Shown here one piece after another: positions 51,901 through 64,000 of a stretch of DNA of 64,000 bases. Each line of letters begins with the position of its first letter. Position 1 is the first letter of the stretch. The notes beneath the pieces are model-generated. The model was not told the origin of the DNA. It worked only from the letters and a program-made list of their open reading frames with translations, and ran no database searches. The DNA comes from Lama guanicoe. Its lineage: Eukaryota. The position numbers were made by a program, and so were the translations under genes. The stretch covers positions 1,331,103 to 1,395,102 of the forward strand of contig MU053520.1 in the NCBI GenBank assembly GCA_013239625.1, written 5' to 3'.

Positions 51901-54900
51901 GAGGAGGAGATGCCAAGATGGTGGGAGACTCACAGCTCACCCTCTCCCACAAATACCCCAAGAATTATATCTACAAACCCACTGGATTGCACAGAACACC
52001 TACTGAATTCTGGCAATGTCTCTCACTTTGAAATGTAGAAGGATTCTCACAAAATCTGGTAAGAGAGAAAAAGAAAAAGAAAATCAGCATGGGACTCATC
52101 CTGCAGGGAGGGAGTGGCAAAGGAGGAAAGGCACACTCATGCTGGGATGGCCCCTCTCCAACTGTGAGGTCAGCAGTGACAGAAGCAGAGCTTCTGAGGC
52201 TCAGAGGAGAAAGTAGCAGTCACTTGGCAGACAGAACTAAGAGAAATTGGCACAGAAGTTTGCTGTGACCCACAACCATAGACACGAGCCTGCAAGGACA
52301 AGCTGAGACTGGCTGTTGTAGATCACTGACAAGCCCAGGCAGAGAACTGGGGCTGACTGCACAGAGGCAGCCCCAGGGGACCTGAGGGAGGTGTGAGCTC
52401 TGGCTGGGGGTGTGTGCAGAACAAAACAGAATGGGACCCTCAAAAAAAGCATCACTGCTGGTGTACATGGAAGTGGAGGGCACATGTGCAATGTAGGCAC
52501 TCCATAGATGCTGTGTCTGCTTAGATCCATTGTTGGTGTGTTCTCATGAGAAGAGAGATGGGGCCTGGTCATAGCTGTCACTGTTGCATGGAGATGGGGC
52601 TGAAAGCTGAATCCATACCCAAGGGCCCTGAAACTTCACAGGTGTGACTAAGATTTGTTTACAGACCCAGGCAGAGAGAGTTGATTTACTCCACTAATGC
52701 CTTTGTGAAACCCCGCCTCTGGGATGAACAGTCAGTGAGCAGAGCTCTGACACACAGTGGGGGAGAGTTTAGGTATTTAAAATAAGCCATCATGCTATAA
52801 ACAGAGAGGGGGCTGGGGTATGCACTGACCCTGTAGAGCACCATGGATTCAGGTGTGTGACTGTATGCTCACTATGGCAGGTCCTAGCACCTGACATTAA
52901 TGGGTCTGATCTGGTAGTTCCAGGGCCTAGAATCTGGGGGACACCAGAAAAGGTTGCTGACCTTCTTGCAGCTAAAATGAAGAAAAAGGCAGTGTCAACA
53001 AAGAGTTGTAAGCCTGCATAATAAGTGACACACAAAACTACAGAGAGCACTTCCCAGTATATCCTGCAGAGATATACTCAGTGACTCTTCTTCTCAGCTG
53101 CAGCCCTCCAACCCTGCCTACCACACACTGAAGCTCATAAATGGGTCTAGAAGCCTCTATTCCAGGAACAGAGGAGCAAACCCAGCCCCTGTCAAGGCTG
53201 TGACAACTACAGCACAAAATAGGAGGCCTGGCTCAACAACAAAAATCAGGGCAAGCTCTGAACATCATAACACCAAGCACACCCCCAATCAAAGGGATAA
53301 CAGCCAACATTCACAGAAGTAACGCATGGCAAATATCCATACTAAGAACAGCCATCATAACAAAATTATTAGATGCACACAGTCAAAACAGGAATGCTCC
53401 CACTTTAAATAAGAAGAAACAAACAAAAAATAAAACAGCCCTTCAAGATCACAGTAGATAACTGATACACCTAAATCCATAAAGTCAGAGAAATATAAGT
53501 AAAATGAAGAAGCAGAAGAACTACTCCCAATTAAAAGAATAAGAGAAATGCCCTGAAAGAATAATCACTGAAATAGACCTTCATAGTCCATTAGATCATG
53601 ATTTTAAAAAGGGAATGATCAGTGTGATCAGTGCAATAAAGGAACTAAAAGAGACTATCAACAGAAACAGAGAATACTTTACAAAAGGAAATTGAAACTA
53701 TAAAGAAGGACCAACTAAAAACAGAAAACTCAGTTTGCTGAGAAAAGAGCCAAGCTAAAGGCAGTCAAAAGCAGAACAGATAATGCAGAGGAATGAATAA
53801 GTGACTTAGAAGACAGGATAACAGAAGTCACCCAATCAGAACAGCAGACAGAGGAGCAAGTAAAACCAAATGAAAGCAATATAAGGGACCTATGGGATAA
53901 TATAAAGTGTGCCAATCTATATATAATAGAGGTGCCAGAAGGAGAAGAAAAAGAAAAGGGAATTGAAAAGATATTTGAAGAAATCATGACTGAAAACTTT
54001 CCCAACCTAAAGAAGGAAACAGATATCCAAGTACAGGAGGCACAGAGGGTCCCAAAGAAGAAGAACTCAAACAGACCTACACCAAGACATATTATAATTA
54101 AGATGGCCAATGTTAAATATAAAGAAAGGATTCTAAAGGTAGTAAAAGGAAAACAAAGAATTAGTTACAAGGGAAACCACATAAAGCTTTCAGCTGATTT
54201 CTCTACTCAAACACTGTTGTCCAGAAGGGAATGGTAAGATATATTCAAAGTCTTGAATGAGAAAAAGCTGCAACTGAGGATACTCTATCCAGCAAGACTA
54301 TCATTTAGAGTATAAGGAGAGATAAAGAATTCCACAGACAAGCAAAAACTAAAAGAATTTAGCCGTACTAAACCTATGCTAAAACAAATATTGAAAGGTC
54401 TACTCTAAATAGAAAAGAAACAGGAAGCTATAGAAATGGGAAAACCATAACTGAAAATGTGGTAACTATAGTGAATTGCAAGAGAAGAAACATGAAGATG
54501 TAAAAAAATACAATAAATAAAAATAAAGAACATCAAAATCATAAAAGGTGGGAGAGGGAAGCAAGAAAATATAGATATTTTTCTCTTTTTTCTTTTCTTC
54601 ATTCTTTTCAGGATGTGTTTGAGCCTACATGACTATCAGACTAAAGCACCAGATGTAGAAAGGGGTTAGCATACTTAAAAAACAGGGTTACTATGAATAA
54701 AAAGCATACAATAGAGCGACAAAACCCAAACAGAAATCAAGCTAATACAAAAGTAAATTATCAAACCACAAAAAGAAAAATAAAAAGGGAAAGAAAGAAA
54801 CAAAGAAGGTGTACCAAGTCAACTGGAAAACAAAGTTCAAAATGTCTATAAACACACATCTATCAATAATTACTATAAATATCAATGTACTAAATGTTCC

Positions 54901-57900
54901 AATCAAAAGACATAGAGTGGCCAATTGGATAATAAAGCAAAAGCAGACCATATGCTGCTTACAAGAGACACATTTTAGAATGATGGGCCACACATAGTTT
55001 GAAAATGAGAGGATGGAAACATATTTCATGCAAATGTAAGTGACAAGAAAGCTGGAATATCAATACACATATCATAAAAAAATAGGTTTTAAAACAAAGG
55101 CCATAAAGAGAAATAAAAAAGGACACTATATAAAGATCAAAGGAGCAATACAGGATGAAGATATTACACTTGTTAACATATCTGTACCAAATATAGGAGC
55201 ACCTAAATATAAAAAAATAAATAAAAACAGACATAAAGGGAGAAATTGGTGAGAATACAATAGTAGTAGGAGACATGAACACCCCACTAACATCATTCAA
55301 CAGGTTTTCCAGATAGAAGATTAATAAGGCAGTGGAGATACTAAATGACACAACAGAACAATTTGACTTGGTTGATATTTTTAGAACATTACATCCCTCC
55401 AAAACAGAATATACATTCTTTGCAAGTGCTCATGGAACATTCTCTAGTATAGACCACATATTCGAAACTAGAAATCAACCACGGAAAAACAAAAGAGAAA
55501 AAAATGACAGCATGGAGACTAAACACCATGCTACTAAAAAAACAATGTATCGATGATGAATTCAAAAAAGAAATTAAACAACACTGAGACAAATGACAAT
55601 GAAAACACAATCACACAAAATCTGTGGGATGCAGCAAAAGCAGTCCCGAGAGAGGTTTATAGCAATATAGGCCTTCCTCAAAAAAAAGAAGAAGAAGAAT
55701 CTTCAATAAACAACCAAACTTACCACCTAAAAGGATTAAAAAAAGAAGAACAAACAAAACCCAAAGTCAGCAGGAGGAAAGAAATAATAAAGATTGGGGA
55801 GGAAATAAATAAAATAGAGATTTTTGAAAAATAGAAAAAAAATCAAATCAAGAGATGGTTTTTTTTGAAAGAGTAAACAAAATTGACAAATCTCTGGCTA
55901 GGCACACCAAGAAGAAAAGAGAGAGCACACAAATAAACAAAATAAGAAATGAAAATGGAGAGATGACAGCCAACACCACAGGAATACAAAGAAAAAAAAT
56001 CATAAGAGAATACTATGAAAAACTACATGGCAATAAATTGGACTACTTAGAAGAAATGAACAAGTTTCTAGACACATGGAGTCCACCAAAACTGAATCAA
56101 GAAGGAATAGATCAGTTAAGCAGACCAATCACTAGAAGTGAAATAGACTCAGCAATAAAAAACCTCCCTGCAAACAAAAGTCCAGGACCAGATAGCTCCA
56201 CCAGGGAATTCTGTCAAACATACAAAGAACTCATACCAATCTTTCTTAAACTGTTCTAAAAGACTGAAGAGGAAGGACTACTACCAAACTCATTTTATGA
56301 AGCCACCATCACCCTGATGCCAAAGCCAGACAAAGACACTACCAAAAAAGAAAGCTATAGGCCAATATCATTGATGAACATAGATGCAAAAATCCTCAAC
56401 AAAATATGAGCAAACAAAATCCAACAACACATAAAAAAGATCACACACCATGATCAAGTTGGATTCATCCCAGGGACATAAGGATGGTTCAACATACACA
56501 AATCAATCACCATGATACACCACTTCAACAAGCGAAAGGACAAAAGTCACATGGTCATCTCAGTAGATGCAGAAAAAACATTTTATAAAATTCAACACCT
56601 ATTTATGATAAAAACTCTTACCAAAGTGTGTGTAGAGGGAACATATCTCAACATAATAAAAGCTATTTATGACAAATCTACAGCCAGCATAATACTCAAT
56701 GGTGAAAATCTGAAAATTTTCCATAACCACTTCTATTCAATATAGTCTTGGAAATCCTAGCCATAGCAATTAGACAAGAAAAAGAAACAAAAGGGATCCA
56801 AATTGGAAGAGAAGAGGTAAAATTGTCATTATATTCAGATGACATGATACTATATATAGAAAACCCTAAAGGCTCTACACAAAAACTACTAAAGCTAATA
56901 AGAGAATTTGGCAATGTAGCAAGATACAAGATTAACATACAGAAATCAGTGACATTTATTTACACTAACAACACAATATCAGAAAACGAAAGTAAAGAAT
57001 CAATCCCTTTTAAAATTGCATCAAAAAAATAAAATAAAATACTTAGGAATAAATCGGACCATGGAAGTGAAAGATTTATATGCAGAGAACTACAAAAACA
57101 TTGAGCAAAGAAATTAGAGATGACTTATAGAAATAGAAAGATACCCCATGTTCTTAGATTGGAAGAATTAATATTGTTAAAATGGCCATACTATCCAAAG
57201 TAATCTACAGATTTAATGTGATTCCTATAAAATTACCCAGGACATTTTCCACAGAACTAGAACAAATAATCCTTAAATTTATATGGAATCATAAAAGACC
57301 CAGAATTGCCAAAGCAATACTGAAGAAAAAGAATAAAGCTGGGGGAATAACCCTTCCAGAGTTCAGAAAATACTACAGAGATACAATAATCAAAACAGCA
57401 TGGCAGTGCTACAAAAATAGACATATGAATCAATGGAATAGAATAGAGAGCACAGAAATAAACCCACAAACTTTTGGTCAATTAATCTTTGACAAAGGAG
57501 GCAAGACCACACAGTGGAATAAATACAGTCTCTTCAGCAAATGCTGTTGGGAGAACTGGACAGCTGCATGTAAATCAGTGAAGTTGGAATACTCCCTCAC
57601 ACCATACACAAACATAACCAACACAAATCTCAGCAAAATTCTCCTACAGAGGTTAACAGAATGTAGAAATAAAAGAATAGAAATACAATAAAAAATAAAA
57701 TAAAACAAACAAAATAAAAATAAAACAATAGAAATAAAAGCAAAAATAAACAAATGGGACCTAATTAAATCTATAAGCTTTTGCAAAAGAAACCATAAGC
57801 AAAACAAAAAGACAACATACAGAATGGGAAAAAAATATTTACAAAACATGAGACTGACAAGGGCTTAATCTCCAGAATATATAAACAGCTCATACAACTT

Positions 57901-58877
57901 AATGAGAAAAAAAAATACAACCCAGTCCAAAAATGTGCAGAACACCTAAACAAGAAATTCTCCAATGAAGACATACAAATGACCAGTAGACACATGAAAA
58001 AATGCTCAAAATCACTATCAGAGAAATGCAAATCAAAACCACAAAGAGGTATCACTTCACACCAGTCAAAATGGCCATTATTCAAAAGTTCACAGACAAT
58101 AAATGCTGGAGAGGAAGTGGAGAAAGGGGAACCCTCCTACACTGCTGGTGGGAATATAGTTTGGTGCAGCCATTATGGAAAACAATATAGAGATGCCTTA
58201 AAAACCTACAAATAGATTTACCATATGATCCAGCAATCCCACTACTGGGCATATATTCAGAGGGAAACTTAATTCAAAAAGACACATGCACCCTATTTTC
58301 ATAGCAACACTATATAGAAGAGCCAAGACATGGAAACAACCTAAATGTCCATTGACAGATGACTGGATAAAGAAGCTGTGGTATATTTATACAATGGAAT
58401 ACTACTCAACCATAAAAATAATAAAATAATGCCATTTGCAGCAATATGGAAGGACCTGGAGAATGTCATTTTAATTGAAGCAAGCCAGAAAAAGAAAGAA
58501 AAATACCATATGATATCACTTATATGTGGAATCTAGAAGAAAGAAAGAAAAAGACAAATGAACTTATGAACTTTCTTACAAAACAGAAACAGATTCACAG
58601 ACATAGAAAACAAATTATGGTTACCAGTAGGGGAAGGGGGTGGGAAGTAAAAGTTGGGAGTTCAAGATTTGCAGGTACTAATATATATAAAATAGATAAA
58701 CAAAAATTCTACACTGGATAGCACAGGGAACCATATTCAATACCTTGTAACCTATGGTGAAGACGAATATGAGAACAAATGTATGTATGTTCCCATGTGA
58801 CTGAAGTATTGTGCTGCCCACCAGAAATTTACACAACATTGTAAACTGACTGTACTTCAATAAAAATATTTTTTAAC
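51901..58877 (+). mobile_element. Full-length (about 7.0 kb) disabled L1: 5'UTR about 51901-53503, ORF1 about 53504-54408, spacer, ORF2 about 54842-58536, 3'UTR
   Basis: 5' start gaggaggagatgccaagatgg; ORF1p fragment PEGEEKEKGIEKIFEEIMTENFPNL; endonuclease motifs (NINVLNVPIKR, CCLQETH, HGTFSSIDH); KSPGPD; RT motif LYSDDMILY (normally YADD). Many stops, frameshifts and short deletions. Confidence 0.96.
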
Positions 58878-61117
58878 AAAAGAAAAATACATCCAAACAT
58901 AACATTAAAATAGTTACCAAATCACAAGAGAAGGGAACAAAGATGAAAAGAGAAAAAAGAGACCTACAATAGCAAATCCAATACAATTAATAAAATAGCA
59001 ATATAACATAAATTTTCATAATTACCTTAAAGGTAAATGGACCAAATGTTCCAACCAAAAGGCACAGACTGGCTGAATGGATGAAAAGTACAAGACCTGT
59101 ATATTTGCTGCTTATAAGAGACTCATTTCTTATTGAGAAACACATACAGACTGAAAGTGAGGGAATGGGAAAATGCAAATGGAAAATAAAAGAAAGCTGA
59201 AGTAGCAATTCTTATATCAGACAAAATAGACATTGAAAAAAGGCTGTTACAAGAGACAAAGAAGCATACTACATAATGATCAAGAGAACAATCTAAGAAG
59301 AAGATGTAACAATTGTAATTATATATGCACCCAACATAAGAGTACCTCAATATATAAGATAAATGTTAACAGACATAAAAAGAGAAATTGACAGTAACAC
59401 AAAAATAGTGGGGGACTTAACAACTCCACTTACATCAATGGACAGATCATACAGGCAGAAAATTAAAAAGGAAATACAGGTCTTAAATGACACATTAGAC
59501 CAGATCAACTTAATTAATATTGGTAGAGCACTTCATCTGAAAGCAGCAGAATACACATTCTTTTCAAGTACACATGGAACATTTTCCGGGATAGATCACA
59601 TTTTGGCCCACAAAACAAGCCTTAGTAAATTTAAGGAAATTGAAATCATATCAAGCATCTTTTCCAATCATAGTGCTCTGATATTAGAAATCAACTACAA
59701 GAGAAAAAACTGGGGGGAAAAAAAAACACAGAAATGTGTGGAGGCTAAACAATATGCTACCAAACAACAAATGGATCACTAAAGAAATCAAAAAAGAAAT
59801 AAAAAATTACCCAGAGACAAGTCAGAATGAAAGCATGACAATCCAAAACCTATGGCACACAGCAAAAGTAGTTCTAAAAGGGAAATTTATAGTGATACAA
59901 GCTCACCTCAGAAACAAGGAAATTCTCAAATAAACAACATAACCTTACACCTAAAGCAACTAGAGAAAGAACAATTGGAACCCAAACTTAGTAGAAGGAA
60001 AGAAACTATAAAGATCAAAGCAGAAATAGACGAAATGGAGATTAAAAAACAATAGAAAAGATCAATGAAACTAAAAGCTGGCTCACTGAAAAGATAAACA
60101 AAATTGATAAACCTTTAAACACACTCATAAAGAAAGAACAAGAGCACCCAAATCAAATGAGCTCATCAATGAACTCAGTAAAGTTGCAGGATATAAAATT
60201 GTCATCTAGAAACCTGTTACATTTTTATATACTAACAAAGAAATATCAGAAAGAGAAATTAAGAAAATGATCCCATTTATCACTGCATCAAAAAGAATAA
60301 AATACCCAGGAATAAAGCTACCTAAGGAGGCAAAAGACACGTACTCAGAAAAGTATAAGACAATGATGAAGGAAATTGAAGACAACACAAACAGATGGAA
60401 AGATATACTGTGTTCCTGGATTAAAAAATTAATGTTGTTAAAATAGCCATACTATCAAAGGCAGTACACAGATTCAAAGCAATCTCTATCCAATTACCAA
60501 TGGCATTATTCATAGAAATGGAACACAAGATTTTTAAATTTGTATGGAAACACAAAAGACCCTGGGTAGACAAAAGAATTTTGAGAGAGAAAAATGGAGC
60601 TGGAGGAATCACACTGACTTCAGACTATACTACAAAGCTACAGTAATCAAAACAGTATGGCACTAACACAAAAACAGTTAGATAGGTCAATGAAAGAGGA
60701 TAGAAAGTCCAGAAATTAACCCACACACATGGGTTCAATTAACCTATGACAAAGGAGGCAAAGAATATACAATGAAGGAGAGACAGTCTCTTCAATAACT
60801 GGTGCCGTGAAAACTGGACAGCTACATGTAAAAGAATGAAATTAGAATACTCTCTAGCACCATATACAACAAAAAACTCAAAATGGATTAAAGAACTAAA
60901 TGTGAGACCAGATACAATAAAACTCCTAGAGGAAAACATAGGCAGAACATTCTTTGACATAAATTGCAGCATCATTTTTTTGGCTCAGTCTCCTAGAATA
61001 ATGCAAATAAAAGCAAAAGTAAACAAGTGGGACCCAATTAAACTTAAAAGCTTTTGTACAGCAAAGGAAATCATAAATAAAACAAAAAGACACCCTACAG
61101 AATGGGAGAAAGTATTT

Positions 61118-61169
61118 GACACAACATTGTAAAATGGTTATAAATCAATAAAAAATGTTTAAACAAAAA
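61118..61169 (+). mobile_element. Minimal 52-bp L1 3' end insertion
   Basis: gacacaacattgtaaaatggttataaatcaataaaaaatgtttaaacaaaaa between perfect 19-bp TSDs agaatgggagaaagtattt (61099-61117 and 61170-61188). Confidence 0.95.
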
Positions 61170-62130
61170 AGAATGGGAGAAAGTATTTACAAACAAAGTG
61201 ACCAACAAAGAATTAGTTTCCAAAATATACAAACAGCTCATACAGCTTAATATTTTTTAAAAAATCAAAAAATAGGCATAAGACATAAATAAACACTTCT
61301 CCAAAGAAGACATACGGATGGCCAATAGGCATGTGAAAAAAATGCTCAATATTGCTAAATATTAGAGAAATGTAAATCAAAACTACAATGAGGTATCATC
61401 TCACACCAATCAAAATGGCCATCATTATGTTTACAAATAGTAGATGTTGGAGAGGGTGTCAAGAAAAAGGAACCCTTCTACACCATTGGTGAGAATGTAA
61501 ATTAGTGCAGCCACTATGAAAGACAGTATGAAGATTCTTTAAAAAACTAAAAATAGGGTTACAGTATGATCCAGCAATCCAACTCTGGTGCATATATCCA
61601 GAGGAAACTAATTTGAAAAGATATACGTTCCCCAAAGTTCATAGCAACACTATTTACAATAGCCAAGACATGGAGGCAAACTAAATGTCCATTGCTAGAT
61701 GAGTGGATAAAGAAGATGGATAAAAAAGATTATCATACTAAGTGAAGTAAATCAGACAGAAAAAGACAAATATTATATGATATCACTTATATGTGGAAAC
61801 TTTAAAAAAAATACAAATGGACTTATTTACAAACCAGAAATAGACTTACAGACATAGAAAACAAACTACAATTACAAAAGGGAAAAGGGCAGGGGGTGCT
61901 GGTAAAAGGATAAATTAGAAGCTGGGATTATTAACTGGAACATAACCAAGAACCAAATATTAGGTATATGTGCTTATGTATGTATACACACACAGATGTG
62001 TATTATACACACACACACACAAGATGAGCAACAAGGACCTACTATATAGCACAGGCAGCTGTATTCAATATCTTATAATAATTTATAATGGAAAAATTCT
62101 GAAAAGAATATATATATACACATATATATA

Positions 62131-62161
<31 letters not shown>

Positions 62162-63439
62162 GGCTGAGTCACTTTATTGGGTGCCTGAAACTAACACAAT
62201 ATTGTAAATCAACTATACTTCAATTAAAAAAAAAAAGATGTCACTGACCATGGCGGTGGGAAGAGGTTCACAAATCAACTTTCATGAGACAGTGCGAACC
62301 AGCTCCAGCACATCACTATGGAGTCTTCAGAACAAATGGCAATTTATTACATTGTCTGTCAGAAGAATCTGTAACTGCAACTGCCTGCATCACTACACAC
62401 AATCAAACCTAATGTGTGCTGTCAGATGTAGAAAAATGCACAACAAGGACAGACGAATAAACGTCCATCCTTGCTCAGTCCCTCAGCTTATACAGTCAGT
62501 GCTATAATTTGATCTACATATAAAAAGTTTCTTCCTTCATCTGTGGAAAATAAATGAAGATGACCTTCTTTAGGCTGAAGAAAATAAATTATTAACCCTT
62601 GGGGCCATAGAAAATAGAGAGTCTCTGTTCAAGCTAAAGAAAATAAATTAAACATAAAAGATGCTATTCCAGGGACAAGATTTATCATTTTTAAAGCTGT
62701 TTGAGGGCTAAACTAATATTGCAAAGTTCCAGAGCATAGCTCTACACTGCTTCCCTGGAAAACTCATTATAAACTAACTACAGCCCTCCTCTGAATTGCA
62801 AAACACCCTAGCAGTAGTCTGGTAGTTTGTCTCTCTGCCTGTTTTTCAAGAAATAAATTGTCTTCTTTCTATATGGAAGACTTTGCCCCTGTTCTGTTTC
62901 CTTCCTAAGTTGCTCTGCATGTAAGCAATAAATTGTCCTATTTTAGCTCAGAGACAACTTGTCAGAGAACATATTCAAAGCCGTCTTTCCAGCTTCCCAG
63001 TCTCCCTTGAAAGTGTTTTGTTGGAGTGTCAGGTGATCCATTCACTTCCTATATGTAGTTTATGATTATTTCAGTGGCTGACTTGTGTCTCAAAGAGTCT
63101 AACTTTAAATTATTATTTAATATGGAAGTATTTCTTACATTAATTATAAGAACAATAAAATAACAAAGTCTGAGAAAATGAATACAGTACCTGTGAATTT
63201 GAAATATAATGCATTTAATTATTATTCCCTATTAAAGATTTCTTCTTTCTTCTCTGTTAAATACCACATAAAATCAATGTAAAAAAATGGAAGATATTTT
63301 TGCCATTTGCTCTTAAACTGAAAAGCATTTACAACTGAATTAAATATTTTGTTTTCTAGTTACTGTTATGAACAGTAATTTAATCCCAAAGATGTATTGA
63401 GCACCTACAATGTGATGGCAACTGCACTAGTTCCTAGAA

Positions 63440-63605
63440 TAGTCTTTCTTATCTCTGTTTGCACATCAGAATAAATTGGGTAGTATTTTTAAAGTAGAAG
63501 GTGCTTGCTCTCTCAGGGAATCAGATTCAACTTATCTGGAGTGAGACAAAGATGCTGATATATTTAAAATACTCTGTGTTATGCATTCAGGATTCTGAAC
63601 TGCTA
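63440..63605. mobile_element. MER5B-type MITE within an L2 relic
   Basis: tgcacatcagaata...tttttaaagta...cagattcaacttatctggagtg; flanked by antisense L2 (gtattgagcacctacaatgtg...). Confidence 0.55.
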
Positions 63606-63903
63606 CACTAGGGATGCAGGAGGGAATAAGATTCAGTTAGTCTCTGCAAGCACCTGGCCACTTAAAAAGGGAGATGTCTTAGTTCAGTTGCCATAAGAAA
63701 ATACCATAGAAAACATATGTATATGAGGTTGGTTGCACCAGTTTCCAAATATTGAATATCATATTCTAAATACAGATTTCTACCTTTAACACCACCTGTA
63801 AAATATTATCATGAAAATGTGTGTTATGTTATTATTATCATGAAAACATATGTCTCTATGAAAATATATGTTTAGTAAAGTATCACTTATTGGAAAGTTC
63901 ACA

Positions 63904-64000
63904 TTATTATTTTTTAATTTTTTTTAAATGGAGATACTGGGGACTGAACCCAGGACCACATGCATGCTAGGAATGTGCTCTACCACTGAGCTATTCCCCT
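63904..64000 (-). mobile_element. tRNA-Ala-derived SINE, camelid vic-1 type (5' end at or just beyond the window edge)
   Basis: Reverse strand reads aggggaatagctcagtggtagagcacattcctagcatgcatgtggtcctgggttcagtccccagtatctcc followed by an A-rich tail; A box 63983-63993, B box 63940-63950. Confidence 0.85.

Larger units (their letters stand above)
51340..62236 (+). mobile_element. Older host L1 (ORF1 end and spacer at 51340-51900; spacer, ORF2 and 3'UTR at about 58878-62236), split by two younger L1 insertions
   Basis: ORF 51478-51699 (KNLQPRMLYPARLFF) is the ORF1p C-terminal region. ORFs 59363-60055 give the endonuclease domain (IVGDLTTPL, HGTFSGIDHIL). Poly(A) at about 62226-62236. Confidence 0.92.

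Noticed and set aside
51901..58877. Potentially active L1
   Set aside because: Both ORFs are broken by many stops, frameshifts and deletions, YADD is changed to YSDD, and the 5'UTR is CpG-depleted.
63928..64000. tRNA-Ala gene
   Set aside because: It has an A-rich tail and CpG-type decay; this is a SINE.
1..64000. CRISPR array, operon or other novel multi-gene system
   Set aside because: This is repeat-rich mammalian DNA with no repeat-spacer array and no intact non-transposon ORF, so nothing supports such a claim.

Overview
Mammalian (eutherian) non-coding genomic DNA, AT-rich and mostly made of interspersed repeats. A tRNA-Ala-derived SINE of the vic-1 type at the right edge and the form of the young L1 3' ends point to a camelid (alpaca/camel); this is inferred from recalled consensus sequences, not from a search. 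I found no host protein-coding exon. Every ORF in the track with recognisable homology is a decayed transposon fragment (L1 ORF1/ORF2, hAT transposase). The window holds a ~7 kb full-length but disabled L1 nested in an older L1 (51.3-62.2 kb), six short 5'-truncated L1 3' ends with target-site duplications (TSDs), about ten solo LTRs (ERV1, ERVL, MaLR), an ERVL remnant, Charlie1, MER2 and MER5 DNA transposon relics, many MIR/L2/L3 relics, microsatellites and a 16-N assembly gap. I see no convincing previously undescribed biological system. The most interesting small features are a TSD-flanked, tailless 5'-half tRNA-Val retrocopy whose anticodon reads GAC (possible fossil of inosine-34), a fold-back plus templated-insertion repair scar, a short L1 3' transduction, a permuted and inverted L1, and an L1 insertion apparently accompanied by a target-site deletion. 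Repeat family names come from memory, and boundaries of old elements are approximate.
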